Below, piece after piece: positions 39,501 through 49,047 of a stretch of 64,000 bases of DNA. Source of the stretch: Candidatus Latescibacterota bacterium (GTDB taxonomy: Bacteria > Latescibacterota > UBA2968 > UBA8231); contig CBDETK010000013.1 of assembly GCA_965242865.1 (NCBI GenBank), positions 3,776,001 to 3,840,000 on the forward strand, written 5' to 3'. The notes below the pieces were generated by a model, which was not told the origin of the DNA, did no database searches, and was given only the letters and a program-made list of their open reading frames with translations. A program made the translations under genes and the position numbers. The first letter of the stretch is position 1, and each line of letters opens with the position of its first letter.

Positions 39501-39639
39501 TGTTCCCCTCTACTTGGGTGGCGGGCTGATGTGGGAGCCGATGGCAGTGGCCATCATGGTGGGCTTGCTCTTTGCCACTGTGATCACCTTGCTGTTCGTG
39601 CCGGTGCTCTACAAAATTCTCTTTGCGGTCAAAAACTGA
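36565..39639 (+). CDS. RND efflux permease (AcrB/AcrD/AcrF family)
   Basis: 1024 aa; PGAGPERVE, ALGMLVDNAIVV, GIVINNAIVL, RFRPILLT. Confidence 0.95.
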   Translation: MNLTQIVLKNNRVTIVALVVVVLLGLAGYQTMPRDSMPPYTVRVASVVTSFPGAGPERVEALITSKIEEVAQELPELKTVTSESRTGLSVVSVELKQAVRPDELQAVWDRLRRKIETIRSDLPDDINGPEVKDDGIGVVYGIVIGLTGDGFTFAELKTYAQDLRDDLIKLPDAASVKISGIQAERIYLQFNDARLAELGLSAQKIKNSIASTNIVFSGGEVSLEDERLVIEPTGSYADLEALGRTLIEVGKGGSVSLGDITRIVRAYETPQQHLVKINGQPGLSLSVALSEGANIIKLGRELDQLVALHQARLPLGITFNRVASQDFEVEKSVANFTNNLLQSVAIVLLSMLLFLGLRTGLVVASLIPMTIIATLFVMGLLDIGLNQVSLAALIMALGMLVDNAIVVSEAIVVKMEKGADAQAAAIESARELAVPLLVSSLTTSAAFLSFFLAESIMGEIVGPLFSVISIALLASWLLSLTMVALLAVFFIRVKRPASQGQSTVIERLNGQYKGLLLKALKRPYSFTALIAGLFVLSLFGFGFLPFIFFPDSERNLLTIDLNLPLGTKIETTAARVERLESHIADSLLVNPQRRRGVTDWATFVGEGPPSYDQGYQPGEANSGYAHLLLNTSSGDDNQWVMDRLDAFCFRSFPDAEIRVSTLAGGGGGGADVAVRIIGPDPNELFALAERVKQKLNELPSTQNIGDDWGPKIKKVAVDIDQSKTQNAGLTNQDIALSLQVGLAGFNAGAFREGDQSIPIVLRNESSQNVDVRQLESINIYAQGSGKNVPLGQVAQIVPQWQLAKIKRRGLYRTLTVTCDAKSGFTARDVTDALIAYLDQDSKSWKQGYRYELGGESEQSGESMGAVFAKLPLSGFIILLLLIVQFNSFRKTCIVLSTIPLGLIGVVAGLLLFRSSFGFFAFLGLISLAGIVINNAIVLLDRIQIELDQSGEKPIEAIVAAAQQRFRPILLTTCTTTLGLVPLYLGGGLMWEPMAVAIMVGLLFATVITLLFVPVLYKILFAVKN

Positions 39640-39659
39640 CCGCTGGCCCCCAATCGCTC

Positions 39660-39839
39660 ATGCGCTTCTTCAACACCGCCGGTCCCATCAAGTCCGCCCG
39701 CCACTACGCCATACCGCCGCTGGAACGTTTGGACCTCAAGGCGAACACCCCGAGAGGGAGTGCCAACTCCAACCCCCAGCGCGGCGATGCCGTCCGATCC
39801 GCTACCACCACCAATCCGGCCGCTGTCCACAGAAGATAA
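39660..39839 (+). pseudogene. 5' remnant of an AAA-like ATP-binding protein gene
   Basis: MRFFNTAGPIKSARHYAIPPLERLDL is a recognisable N-terminus of an AAA-like ATPase family; similarity ends near 39738, before any Walker A. Confidence 0.65.
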
Positions 39840-40115
39840 TCCAACCCGTCCAGTCCGTTCGAGGGGACGACCCACTCGCGGAATACCTCGCCGATCTGGC
39901 ACAGCCCATCGGATAGAGACTGCCCGGACTTGCCGCGTCTCGCGGTCAGGGCCCCGGAGACCGTCCAGTTGTGCGCCAGCACTCCCGCGAGGGGCAAGGA
40001 TGAGACGGCCCCAAATACGATGATGTCTTTCAACCGGGCGGCCAGCGGCGGGGTGCGGCGCACCAGTAAAATGCGAACTTAAAGCAGGGGTCGTGTACTT
40101 AGGCTGCGACCGCAG

Positions 40116-40769
40116 CTAGTACATGTGCGGCTGCACGGCGAGGGCGAGCGACGCTTCAATGTCCCAGATGGCCTTTGTCACCTCTTGGCCAATCAAGTCC
40201 AGCTTGCGCACCTGTTCGATGCGTCCGGTCGCCCGGTCTAGCTCGCGGTTGGCCAAGAGCTTTTCGAAAATTCCACAGGCATCTGCCAAGCAGATAATGA
40301 CCACGTCGCGGGGGTCGGGAATTTTATCGCTGAACAGCACCTCCATGATGCGCAACTTGACCTCTAGCTCGGCCTTGCCATCGATGGCCGGATAGCGCCG
40401 CGAGCGAAATACCCACAGGAAGCGCTCATCCTCGCGTGCGAGAATGCCTTTCTGCACCAGCCGGCGGAGCGATCCCTCGCGGATGTCGTCGGCGCGCTCG
40501 GCCGCGTACTCTAGCCAGTACCGGGTATCGTGCGTCTGGGTCGCTGCGGCAATGGTGCTTAGCATTGGGTCGAGCAGGCTATCTTGCAGGGGCGTGCTAT
40601 CGACGAGAGTCAGCTTATTCAGGTCGGTGTCTATGCGGTCTTCGAGCGCCAGTTCCATCAGGACCCCGCCGCCCAAGGCGTAGCGCACCAACCGGTCGGA
40701 TACTCGGGCAAAGCTCCCATCCTCGTCGTCGAGCAAAAGAAGCATGATTTCTTCGGTAAATCTCAGCAT
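40116..40769 (-). CDS. GPP34 (GOLPH3/Vps74-like) family protein
   Basis: EEIMLLLLDD, GGVLMELAL..RI, LVQKGIL..E..FLWVF...RYP, PDPRD. Confidence 0.88.
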   Translation of the reverse strand: MLRFTEEIMLLLLDDEDGSFARVSDRLVRYALGGGVLMELALEDRIDTDLNKLTLVDSTPLQDSLLDPMLSTIAAATQTHDTRYWLEYAAERADDIREGSLRRLVQKGILAREDERFLWVFRSRRYPAIDGKAELEVKLRIMEVLFSDKIPDPRDVVIICLADACGIFEKLLANRELDRATGRIEQVRKLDLIGQEVTKAIWDIEASLALAVQPHMY

Positions 40770-40813
40770 ATCGTTCTCCTTTTAGACCCGGTGGTTGTGA
40801 AGTTCGTCGGCGT

Positions 40814-41629
40814 TCATTCTGCGGGAGAGCTGGCTTCACTGCTGCGGCGACGCAGCCATTCTACCGTAAACAGAACCAAGACAGCAAACGCGATGAGAAA
40901 CGTCGCCACCGCCAGGATGGTGGGGCTGATTTGCTCGCGAATGCCCGCCCACATCTGCCGCGGGATGGTTCGCTGCTCCAAGCCGCCCATAAACAGAACC
41001 ACCACGACCTCGTCGAAGGAGGCGGCAAAGGCGAACAACCCCCCGGACGCAACCCCGGGCGCGATGAGCGGCAACTGTACGCGCCAGAAGCTCCGCAGCG
41101 GCCCCGCGCCGAGGCTGGCTGCGGCCCGCATCAAGTTCGGGTCAAAACCCGACAACGTGGCGGTTACGGTGATCACCACAAACGGGACCCCAAGCACGGC
41201 GTGGGCGAGGATTATGCCGAGGTGGGTCTGAGCCAACCCGAGGCTGGAGTAAAAGAAAAACATCCCCACCGCCGAGATGATGACCGGCGTGATCAGCGGC
41301 GAGATCAGCAGCCCCATCACGGTCTTCTGAGCGGGCATGGCCGAATTCGCCAGCCCGAGGGCCGCTAGGGTGCCCAGCGAGGTCGCGAGCAAGGTCGCCG
41401 AAATGCCGATGATCACGCTGTTGACTAAGGCGCGAGCCCAGACGCCGTCTTCGACGATGCTGCGATACCAACGCAGCGAGTACGCGTCCGGGTCGAGGCG
41501 CAGCATGCCCTCGGTAAACGTGAAATACGGCTCGGCGTTGAAGCTGAGGGGTACGATCACCAAAATCGGCGCGACCAAAAAGACAAATACGGCCGTGCAA
41601 AACGCGAGGTAAATCCAGCGCCCAAGCAT
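40814..41629 (-). CDS. Polyamine-type ABC permease (PotC-like)
   Basis: True start MLGRWIY at 41629; YSLRWY, LMRAAASLGA (EAA loop), SFDEVV, RTIP. Confidence 0.88.
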   Translation of the reverse strand: MLGRWIYLAFCTAVFVFLVAPILVIVPLSFNAEPYFTFTEGMLRLDPDAYSLRWYRSIVEDGVWARALVNSVIIGISATLLATSLGTLAALGLANSAMPAQKTVMGLLISPLITPVIISAVGMFFFYSSLGLAQTHLGIILAHAVLGVPFVVITVTATLSGFDPNLMRAAASLGAGPLRSFWRVQLPLIAPGVASGGLFAFAASFDEVVVVLFMGGLEQRTIPRQMWAGIREQISPTILAVATFLIAFAVLVLFTVEWLRRRSSEASSPAE

Positions 41630-42837
41630 CAGCCCAGCCTCATGCGGTTGATGCCCACCACGCGGTCGTACAGCACGTACAGTGCGATGACGCCCACGAG
41701 CAGGATGAAGGCGAGTGCCGCGGCCAGTCCCCAGTTGAGCGAGGTCTGCATGTGATAGGCGATCATGTTGGAGATGAGCTGCCCCTTGCTCCCACCGACC
41801 AGGGCCGGCGTGATGTAGTAGCCAATGGCGAGGATGAACACCATGAGCGAGCCCGCGCCAACGCCGGGCAGCGTCTGCGGCCAATAGACTCGCCAGAACG
41901 CCTGAAACGGGGTCGCGCCGAGGGACGCCGCGGCCTGTACGTGCGAAGGCGGAATCGAGCGCATTACCGAGTACAGCGGCAAGACCATGAAGGGCAGCAA
42001 CACGTGGGTCATCGCCACAAACGTGCCGGTCATGTTGTATATCATGGCGATGCGGCCGTCGTCCGCGACCAGCCCGAGCACCACCAAGACGTTGTTGATT
42101 ACGCCCTGCGTCTGGAGCAGCACGATCCAAGCCGTGGTCCGCACCAGCAGCGAGGTCCAAAACGGCACCAACACCAGCAGCAACAGCAGATTGGCGCGGC
42201 GCGGTGGCGCGTGGGCGATCAGGTGGGCCACCGGGTAGCCAATGGCCAAGCACAGCGCGGAAATGCCCAAACTAATGGCCAGCGTCCGCCACAAAAGCGG
42301 CAGGTAAATGCGGCGTTCCTCGGGCTGCCGGGCGATGTGGCCATCGGGTTGGCGCACGAGATCGAGCGCGTTGATATAGTGGCGGAGCGTGAACCGCTCC
42401 CCGGTGGTGCGAATCGCCAACCACACCTCCGGCTCGCCCCAAGCGGCGTCGATGCCGACCAGGGTTGCGCGCCAAGAATCGCCGCCGGCGGTGCGCAACT
42501 TGCGCGCACTGCGCGTGACGACGCTGCGCAAGCCACTCTTGACGCGGTTGACGCGGGTGGCAATTTGGCCGAGGGTGCGCTGCTCCCGCGCTTGCAGCAA
42601 TTCGCGGGCGGCCGCGGCATACACCGGCTCTGGTGGGGCGCTGGCCCCGTCCCATTCGCGCAATAGGGCGAGCGTTTCCGGCAGCGCATCCGCGACTAGG
42701 GGGTCGTGGACGCTGCGCACGAGCAACGTGCCGAGGGGCGCGACAAAGGTCGCCAAGACAAAGGCCACCAGCGGCAGGGCCAGCCCGGCCGCCCGCCGCC
42801 GCTGCCGCGCCTGTTGTGCTCTTACTGGGTCAATCAC
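41629..42837 (-). CDS. Polyamine-type ABC permease (PotB-like)
   Basis: GTG start near 42837; PFWTSLLVR, LLPFMVLPLY, AAASLGA, GYYITPALVGG, NWGLAAAL. Confidence 0.88.
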   Translation of the reverse strand: MIDPVRAQQARQRRRAAGLALPLVAFVLATFVAPLGTLLVRSVHDPLVADALPETLALLREWDGASAPPEPVYAAAARELLQAREQRTLGQIATRVNRVKSGLRSVVTRSARKLRTAGGDSWRATLVGIDAAWGEPEVWLAIRTTGERFTLRHYINALDLVRQPDGHIARQPEERRIYLPLLWRTLAISLGISALCLAIGYPVAHLIAHAPPRRANLLLLLVLVPFWTSLLVRTTAWIVLLQTQGVINNVLVVLGLVADDGRIAMIYNMTGTFVAMTHVLLPFMVLPLYSVMRSIPPSHVQAAASLGATPFQAFWRVYWPQTLPGVGAGSLMVFILAIGYYITPALVGGSKGQLISNMIAYHMQTSLNWGLAAALAFILLVGVIALYVLYDRVVGINRMRLG

Positions 42838-43972
42838 TGGCTGGTGAATCTCCCTCGTCGTCCTCGTCGTCGGGTTGCAGTGCTCGGCAGTCGAGCAAGG
42901 TCCAGCCGACGCGGATCCGATCGCCGGGCAATACCGCTCCGTGGCCCACGAGGTTGGGAATCTTGACGATGAAGCCCGAGTGCCCACACAGCTTTAGGCG
43001 CAGGCGCAAGTGATCGCCGATAAAGGTTATGTCCTCGATCTCGGCGTCAAACTCGTTGGCGTACGCGTGCGAGTGCTCGCTCTTATTCACCGGGAGCTCC
43101 ACGCGCTCCGGCCGCACCACGACCGTTGCGGCAGCCCCGGGCGGGCATTGCCCCAAGCTCACGGCCTTGATGATCTCGCCGCCGACCTCCACTTCGCACA
43201 CGCCGTCGCCCACCGTGCGCACCACGCCGGTTAGGCGGTTGTTCTCGCCGATGAAATGGGCCACAAAAGCGCGCTCTGGCTCTTCGTAGAGCATCTCTGG
43301 GGACGCGATTTGCTCGATCACGCCGCCGCGAAAGACCGCGACCCGATCGGACATGACCATGGCCTCCTGCTGATCGTGCGTGACATAGACGACGGTGATG
43401 CCCAAGGTGCGCTGAATGCGGCGGATTTCGTATTGCATTTCTTCGCGCAGCCGGCGGTCGAGTGCCCCGAGCGGCTCGTCCATCAATACGAGTTCCGGGT
43501 CGAAGACCAAGGCGCGGGCGATCGCAACGCGCTGTTGCTGGCCGCCGGATAGCTGCCCCGGACGACGATCCTCCAAGCCTTCGAGGCGCACCAAGCGCAG
43601 GGTGCGGGCCACCCGCTCTTGCCGCTCGCTGGGGTCCATGCCGCGCACTTCGAGCGGAAACGCCAAGTTGCCGCCGACCGTTATGTGCGGAAAGAGCGCG
43701 TAGTTTTGGAAGACGACGCCAATGTCGCGTTTGTGGGGCGGCAAATCGCTGACCGGCACGCCATTGATGTGAATGGTGCCGGAAGCGGGCGTCTCAAACC
43801 CGGCGAGCATCATCAGGCAGGTCGTCTTGCCCGACCCAGACGGCCCGAGCATGGTGAGGAATTCGCCCTTGAGCACGGTGAGATCGAGGTCCCGCACGAC
43901 CCAGTTGCGGCCATCGTAGCTTTTGCTGACGCCGGAAAATTCGACGTGGGGGCTAGTGTCTGCGCTCATCAT
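42830..43972 (-). CDS. Polyamine-type ABC ATPase (PotA-like)
   Basis: GPSGSGKT, FQNYALFPH, LSGGQQQR, LMDEPLGALD, VTHDQ; TOBE-like C-terminus. Confidence 0.92.
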   Translation of the reverse strand: MMSADTSPHVEFSGVSKSYDGRNWVVRDLDLTVLKGEFLTMLGPSGSGKTTCLMMLAGFETPASGTIHINGVPVSDLPPHKRDIGVVFQNYALFPHITVGGNLAFPLEVRGMDPSERQERVARTLRLVRLEGLEDRRPGQLSGGQQQRVAIARALVFDPELVLMDEPLGALDRRLREEMQYEIRRIQRTLGITVVYVTHDQQEAMVMSDRVAVFRGGVIEQIASPEMLYEEPERAFVAHFIGENNRLTGVVRTVGDGVCEVEVGGEIIKAVSLGQCPPGAAATVVVRPERVELPVNKSEHSHAYANEFDAEIEDITFIGDHLRLRLKLCGHSGFIVKIPNLVGHGAVLPGDRIRVGWTLLDCRALQPDDEDDEGDSPASD

Positions 43973-45604
43973 TCACCACCCGAGGGCATAGCCGTCGCGG
44001 CGCGGGTCGGCCCCGCCCATAAAGGAACCCGTGGCCCCATCGACCATGATGCCTTGGCCGCCGCCGACTCCGGTCGACCAATCGCCGAGAAAATTGAACT
44101 GGTGGCCGCGACGCTCCAGCTCGGCAACGACCGCGGGGTCAATGCGGTTTTCAGCATCGACGACAAAGCCGGAGGAGCCGGTCTTGACGCGGGGGGCCTC
44201 AATGGCGGCTTGGACATTCAACTGGTGATCGAGGATGTTCATGATCATCTGCGGCGTCGTCTGGAGAATGCCATAGCTCCCCGGGGTGCCGATGAGCAGC
44301 CGCAGGCCATCGGCGTCCCAAACTTGGGCCGGTGAAACGCACATCTCGTTTTTCTTGGCCGGGCCGATGACATTGGGACTGGTTGGCTCGCGGTCAAACC
44401 ACCGCATGAAGTTGTTGAGTGCAATGCCGGTTTCTGGCACCACCATAGACGAGCCAAAGCCGCCGCCCAAGCTCTGGGTGCAGGCAACCGCATTGCCCTC
44501 GGCGTCGATGGCGTCGAAGTGGGTCGTGCATTCGCTCATCCACGCGCGCGGGTCGCCCGCTTTGACCTGCCCAGCCGGGCCGCCGGGCGCGAGGCGATCG
44601 CCCGCTGTCCACTGGGCCTCGTCGCCGATGAGCACCCGCCGCTCCGCCGCGTATTCTTTGGAGAGCAGCCCCTGAGTCGGCGGGTCGGCGATGGCCGCGT
44701 AGGCAATGCGGTCGGCCATGGCCAGCTTGGCAGCCTCGATAAAGCGGTGCAAGGTCGGGGCGGTGTTGTGGCCGAGGGCCGCCACGTCAAAGCCCTCCAT
44801 AATGGCCAGCGTCTCTAAGTACTGGACGGCTTGGCAGGGCGGCGGCGGCGCAAAGACCTCGTAGCCGCGATAGTTGGTGGAAATCGGATCGACAAAAGCC
44901 GGGGCAAAGTCGGCGAGGTCTTCTTTGGTAAGTAGGCCGCCGGTCTCCGCCATGTAGCGGGCGATGCGGTCGGCAATCGCGCCCCGGTAAAAGACTTCCG
45001 CGCCCTCGGCCGCGACTTGGCGGAAGGTCTCGGCGAGGGCCTGTTGCACCACCACTTCCCCGGGCTCGGGGGCCGCGCCGTTGAGCAGGTAGGTGTCGGC
45101 CCCGGTCTTGAAGCGGCGCAGGCTCTCGGCCGCCCCTGCGTAGAAATAGGCGTTCTTGACCGTGAGGGCGTAGCCCTGCTCGGCGTACTCAATGGCCGGC
45201 GCGAACACGCGGGCGGCTTCGACTGAGCCATAGCGCTCCAGCGCGGCCAGCCAACCGCCGCAAGCACCCGGCACCAGCGGCGAGAGCGGCCCGAGCACCT
45301 GCTTGTCCTTGTCGTACAGGCTCAGGGTGGCCGCCCGCGGGGTGAGACCGACGTAATCGACGATCTTGTGTTCTTTTGCGCGGGCACTGTAGATATGCAG
45401 ATAGCCAACGCCGCCAATGCCCGACATGTACGGCTCAACCACGTTGAGCGCCGCGGCCGTGGCAATGGCCGCGTCAATGGCATTGCCGCCCTCCATCAGG
45501 AGGCGCATGCCGGCGAGAGAAGCGAGCGGATGCGCCGAGGCGATCATGCCGCGGCGGCCCGTGGCGGTGCTGCGGTGCGTGGTGCCTTTAGAAGAAAAGG
45601 GCAT
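43973..45604 (-). CDS. ggt: Gamma-glutamyltransferase family Ntn-hydrolase
   Basis: GGNAIDAAIA, EPYMSGIGG, autoprocessing TTH, GTPG, APR, DPRRDG. Confidence 0.9.
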   Translation of the reverse strand: MPFSSKGTTHRSTATGRRGMIASAHPLASLAGMRLLMEGGNAIDAAIATAAALNVVEPYMSGIGGVGYLHIYSARAKEHKIVDYVGLTPRAATLSLYDKDKQVLGPLSPLVPGACGGWLAALERYGSVEAARVFAPAIEYAEQGYALTVKNAYFYAGAAESLRRFKTGADTYLLNGAAPEPGEVVVQQALAETFRQVAAEGAEVFYRGAIADRIARYMAETGGLLTKEDLADFAPAFVDPISTNYRGYEVFAPPPPCQAVQYLETLAIMEGFDVAALGHNTAPTLHRFIEAAKLAMADRIAYAAIADPPTQGLLSKEYAAERRVLIGDEAQWTAGDRLAPGGPAGQVKAGDPRAWMSECTTHFDAIDAEGNAVACTQSLGGGFGSSMVVPETGIALNNFMRWFDREPTSPNVIGPAKKNEMCVSPAQVWDADGLRLLIGTPGSYGILQTTPQMIMNILDHQLNVQAAIEAPRVKTGSSGFVVDAENRIDPAVVAELERRGHQFNFLGDWSTGVGGGQGIMVDGATGSFMGGADPRRDGYALGW

Positions 45605-45698
45605 GGACGCAACTCCTTGCGATTTGTAAATTTACGACCGCTTAACCGCTTAAAATAGGGCCAGTAAATTACAGCGTCAATCAAGGAGCGTACTTCTT

Positions 45699-46736
45699 AT
45701 GAGCGACAAGACAATCGACCTGCGCAGCGACACGATCACCCTGCCGACCGAGGCCATGCGGGAGGCCATGGCCGGAGCGCCGTTGGGCGACGATGTGTAC
45801 GGCGAAGACCCCACGGTCAACCGCCTGCAAGAATTGGCCGCCGAAAAAGTGGGCATGGAAGCCGCGCTCTACGTGCCCTCGGGTACGATGGGCAATGCCT
45901 GCGCCTTGATGGCCCACACCCATTGGGGCGACGAGGTGCTCTTTGAGGAGCAGGCGCACATCTATTACTGGGAGGCCGGAACCTATGCCTCGCTGGCCGG
46001 CTTGGCCGCGCGCACCGTGGCTGGCGAGCACGGCGTCATCACCGGCGACCACGTGCGCGAGGCTGTCCGCGCCGACAACCCGCACTTCGCCCCGCTCAAG
46101 GTCGTCTGCATTGAGAACACCCACAACAACCACGCCGGCCACGCTTGGTCGGTCGCCGAGGTCGCGGCCGTGGGGGCCGCATGCCGCGACCACGGGCTGA
46201 AGCTACACGTAGATGGAGCGCGCATTTTTAACGCCGCGGTCGCCATTGGGACGCAGGTCCCCGAATTTACTCGCCACGTCGACTCCGTGATGTTTTGCGT
46301 CTCCAAGGGGCTGAGTGCGCCGGTCGGCTCGCTGCTGTGCGGAAGCAGGGACTTCATCGAGCGGGCCTATCGAATGCGCAAGCGGCTCGGGGGGGCCATG
46401 CGCCAAGCCGGCGTCGCGGCCGCGGCCGGAATCGTGGCTCTAGAGCAAATGGTCGATCGGCTGGCCGAGGATCACGCGGTGGCGCGGGAACTGGCCGCAG
46501 GGCTGGGAGCGATTGAAGGCGTTGAGGTGATTTTTCCGCCGCGTCCCACCAACATCCTCAAAGTGGATTTTGCGGCCTTGGGGTGGTCGGCGGCCGATTT
46601 AGTGGCCGAGTGGAAGGCGCGGGGCGTGTTGTGCAATCCGCGTCCGCCGCACGGGGCGCGGCTCGTGGCGAATCGGCACGTCGGGCGCGAGGACGTCCAG
46701 TACGTGGTGGAGGCGACCCGAGCCCTGATCGGGTAG
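45699..46736 (+). CDS. ltaE: Low-specificity L-threonine aldolase
   Basis: [54 protein letters not shown]. Confidence 0.92.
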   Translation: MSDKTIDLRSDTITLPTEAMREAMAGAPLGDDVYGEDPTVNRLQELAAEKVGMEAALYVPSGTMGNACALMAHTHWGDEVLFEEQAHIYYWEAGTYASLAGLAARTVAGEHGVITGDHVREAVRADNPHFAPLKVVCIENTHNNHAGHAWSVAEVAAVGAACRDHGLKLHVDGARIFNAAVAIGTQVPEFTRHVDSVMFCVSKGLSAPVGSLLCGSRDFIERAYRMRKRLGGAMRQAGVAAAAGIVALEQMVDRLAEDHAVARELAAGLGAIEGVEVIFPPRPTNILKVDFAALGWSAADLVAEWKARGVLCNPRPPHGARLVANRHVGREDVQYVVEATRALIG

Positions 46737-46743
46737 GGCCTGC

Positions 46744-49047
46744 TTGGCTGGTCTTTCGTCCATAGCCCGGTGCGTTTGGTTCGGCGTCTTTGTCGCCGGC
46801 CCGGCCAGCGGGGATGCGCTGAAAACCGCGGATGGCTCGTGGAAATACAGCAATCATCTGGTCGGAGAGACGAGCCCGTACTTATTGCTGCACACGCACA
46901 ATCCGGTCGAGTGGTATCCTTGGGGCGAGGAAGCCCTGGCGAGAGCGCAGGCCGAGGACAAGCCGATTTTTCTGTCGGTCGGCTACTCAACCTGCTATTG
47001 GTGCCACGTCATGGAGCGGCGGGTCTTTTCCGACCCCGCGATCGCAGCGCAGATGAACGCCAGCTTTATCAACATCAAGGTCGATCGGGAGGAGCGGCCC
47101 GACATCGACCGCATTTACATGCTGGCGACCCAGCTAACCACCCGGCACGGCGGCTGGCCGAATTCGGTGTTTTTGACGCCCGACCAAGAGCCGTTTTTTG
47201 CCGGCACGTACTTTCCGCCCAAGCCCCTGCCCGGGCGGCCTTCCTTTCCCCAAGTCTTGGACTTCGCGCACCGGCGCTGGCAAGACCAGCGTGCGCAGGT
47301 GCTCCAAATCGCGGCCCGCTTGACCGCGGCCATTCGCGACTTGGAATCCGGGCCGGAAACAGCGGTCGCGCCGCCCGATTCTTTGCTCCTAGCCCAGGTC
47401 CTCGCCGCTGTTCAAACGCGCTACGACGCGATTAACGGCGGCTTTGGGGGAGCCCCCAAATTTCCCCCGAGCCTGCGCTTGGACCTGCTGATGGCCACGC
47501 CCGCCCGCTTTGCCGATCCCCAAATACAGCGCATCGTTTTGCACTCGCTGGAGCAGCTGGCCGCGGGCGGCATCTACGACCAAATCGGCGGGGGCTTTCA
47601 CCGCTACGCCACGGATGCCGAGTGGCGAGTGCCGCACTTCGAGAAGATGCTCTACAACCAAGCGCACTTGGCGCGGCTGTACCTGCGGGCGTACGAATTG
47701 ACGGGCGACGACCGCTGGCAATGGGTGGCTGAGGACATTTTTCGCTTTGTCGCCCGGGAGATGACCGGCCCGGCCGGGGCTTTTTACTCGGCATTGGACG
47801 CCGAAACCGAGGCCGAAGAGGGCAAGTACTACCTGTGGACTGCGCGGGACTTGGACCGCGTGTTGGGGCGCGACGCGGCCTCGTTTTGGGACGTCTATGG
47901 GTTGGCCGCCATGCCCGAAGGCGAGGGGGGCGTCCTCTACGCAAAACCGCCGCGGGCCGAGCTCGGGGATCGGCTGACGCTCGGGCGGCAGCGCGTGTTG
48001 GCGGCGCGAGCCGAGCGGCCCTATCCCCTCCTCGACGACAAGGTGCTCGCCGCTTGGAACGGGATGATGATCGAGGCATACGCCCGCGGGTTCGCGGTTT
48101 TGGGCGATCCCCGATATCGCCGGGCGGCCGAGCGGGCGGCCAATTTCGCGCTGGAGAATTTGCGGCGCGCAGACGGGGGGTTGTGGCGGGTCCATCGGCT
48201 GGGCACTTCGCGGCAGGCGGCCTATCTAGATGACTATGCGTTTTTGGCGCGTGGGCTGACGGCCCTGCACCGGGCCACCGGCGAGGGGCGGTGGTTGCAG
48301 GCCGCGCGCGAGCTAAGCGCCGAGATGGTGGCCCGGTTTTGGGACCAAGCGGCAGGGGGTTTTTTCTTTACGGAAGCGGACAACGCGCTGATCGTGCGGA
48401 GCAAGTTCGCCCAAGACTCGGCCCTGCCTTCGGGCAACGCAGTGGCGGCCCACGCGCTGTTGGATTTGGCCGAGCTCACCGGCCAAGCATCCTATCGCCG
48501 CCGGGTCGCGCAGCTTCTGGCCGCTTTTGGCGGGGCGATGCGGGCGCAGCCTACGGCCTCGGTACACCTAGCCGCGGCGGCCGAGCGCCACCTGCAAGCG
48601 GCACTGCCCGCAGCCGCTTGGGCGGACACCCCAGCGGATTCGCTCGTCTCGATGCGGGTCGAGCTGTCCGTGCAACGGCCGGTGGCTGGCGAGAAATTTG
48701 CCGCGGCCGTGCATTTGGACATCCGCCCGGGCTGGCACATCAACGCCAATCCGGCCTCGGGCGACTTGCTCATTCCCACCTCTCTGACGCTCAATGCAGA
48801 CTGGCCGTTGGACTTTGCCCGCGTGCGCTATCCCACCGGCCACTCGCGGGCCTTTCCGGCCCTAGGCGAGACGCTCGCGGTGTACGAGGAGCAGGTCGCG
48901 CTGGGGGCGGATTTGTCGCTGCCCCCAGCCGCGGCGGGCACGGCCGGCTATGTGCGGTTCCTAGTCCAATATCAGGCCTGCGACGAGACCCGTTGCCTCC
49001 CGCCAGCCGAACTGAGCCAGCGCGTGCGGGTGGCCGTGACGCCGTGA
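46744..49047 (+). CDS. YyaL/SSP411 (DUF255) thioredoxin + alpha-barrel protein with C-terminal DsbD-N-like domain
   Basis: [39 protein letters not shown]; GWHINANP...YQACD...CLPP. Confidence 0.9.
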   Translation: MAGLSSIARCVWFGVFVAGPASGDALKTADGSWKYSNHLVGETSPYLLLHTHNPVEWYPWGEEALARAQAEDKPIFLSVGYSTCYWCHVMERRVFSDPAIAAQMNASFINIKVDREERPDIDRIYMLATQLTTRHGGWPNSVFLTPDQEPFFAGTYFPPKPLPGRPSFPQVLDFAHRRWQDQRAQVLQIAARLTAAIRDLESGPETAVAPPDSLLLAQVLAAVQTRYDAINGGFGGAPKFPPSLRLDLLMATPARFADPQIQRIVLHSLEQLAAGGIYDQIGGGFHRYATDAEWRVPHFEKMLYNQAHLARLYLRAYELTGDDRWQWVAEDIFRFVAREMTGPAGAFYSALDAETEAEEGKYYLWTARDLDRVLGRDAASFWDVYGLAAMPEGEGGVLYAKPPRAELGDRLTLGRQRVLAARAERPYPLLDDKVLAAWNGMMIEAYARGFAVLGDPRYRRAAERAANFALENLRRADGGLWRVHRLGTSRQAAYLDDYAFLARGLTALHRATGEGRWLQAARELSAEMVARFWDQAAGGFFFTEADNALIVRSKFAQDSALPSGNAVAAHALLDLAELTGQASYRRRVAQLLAAFGGAMRAQPTASVHLAAAAERHLQAALPAAAWADTPADSLVSMRVELSVQRPVAGEKFAAAVHLDIRPGWHINANPASGDLLIPTSLTLNADWPLDFARVRYPTGHSRAFPALGETLAVYEEQVALGADLSLPPAAAGTAGYVRFLVQYQACDETRCLPPAELSQRVRVAVTP

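Noticed and set aside
41630-42253. N-terminal part of the 479-aa ORF
   Set aside because: Alternative frame inside potB; potC starts at 41629.
48291-49043. N-terminal 251 aa of the 927-aa ORF
   Set aside because: Shadow frame overlapping yyaL; the ligase starts at GTG 49044.
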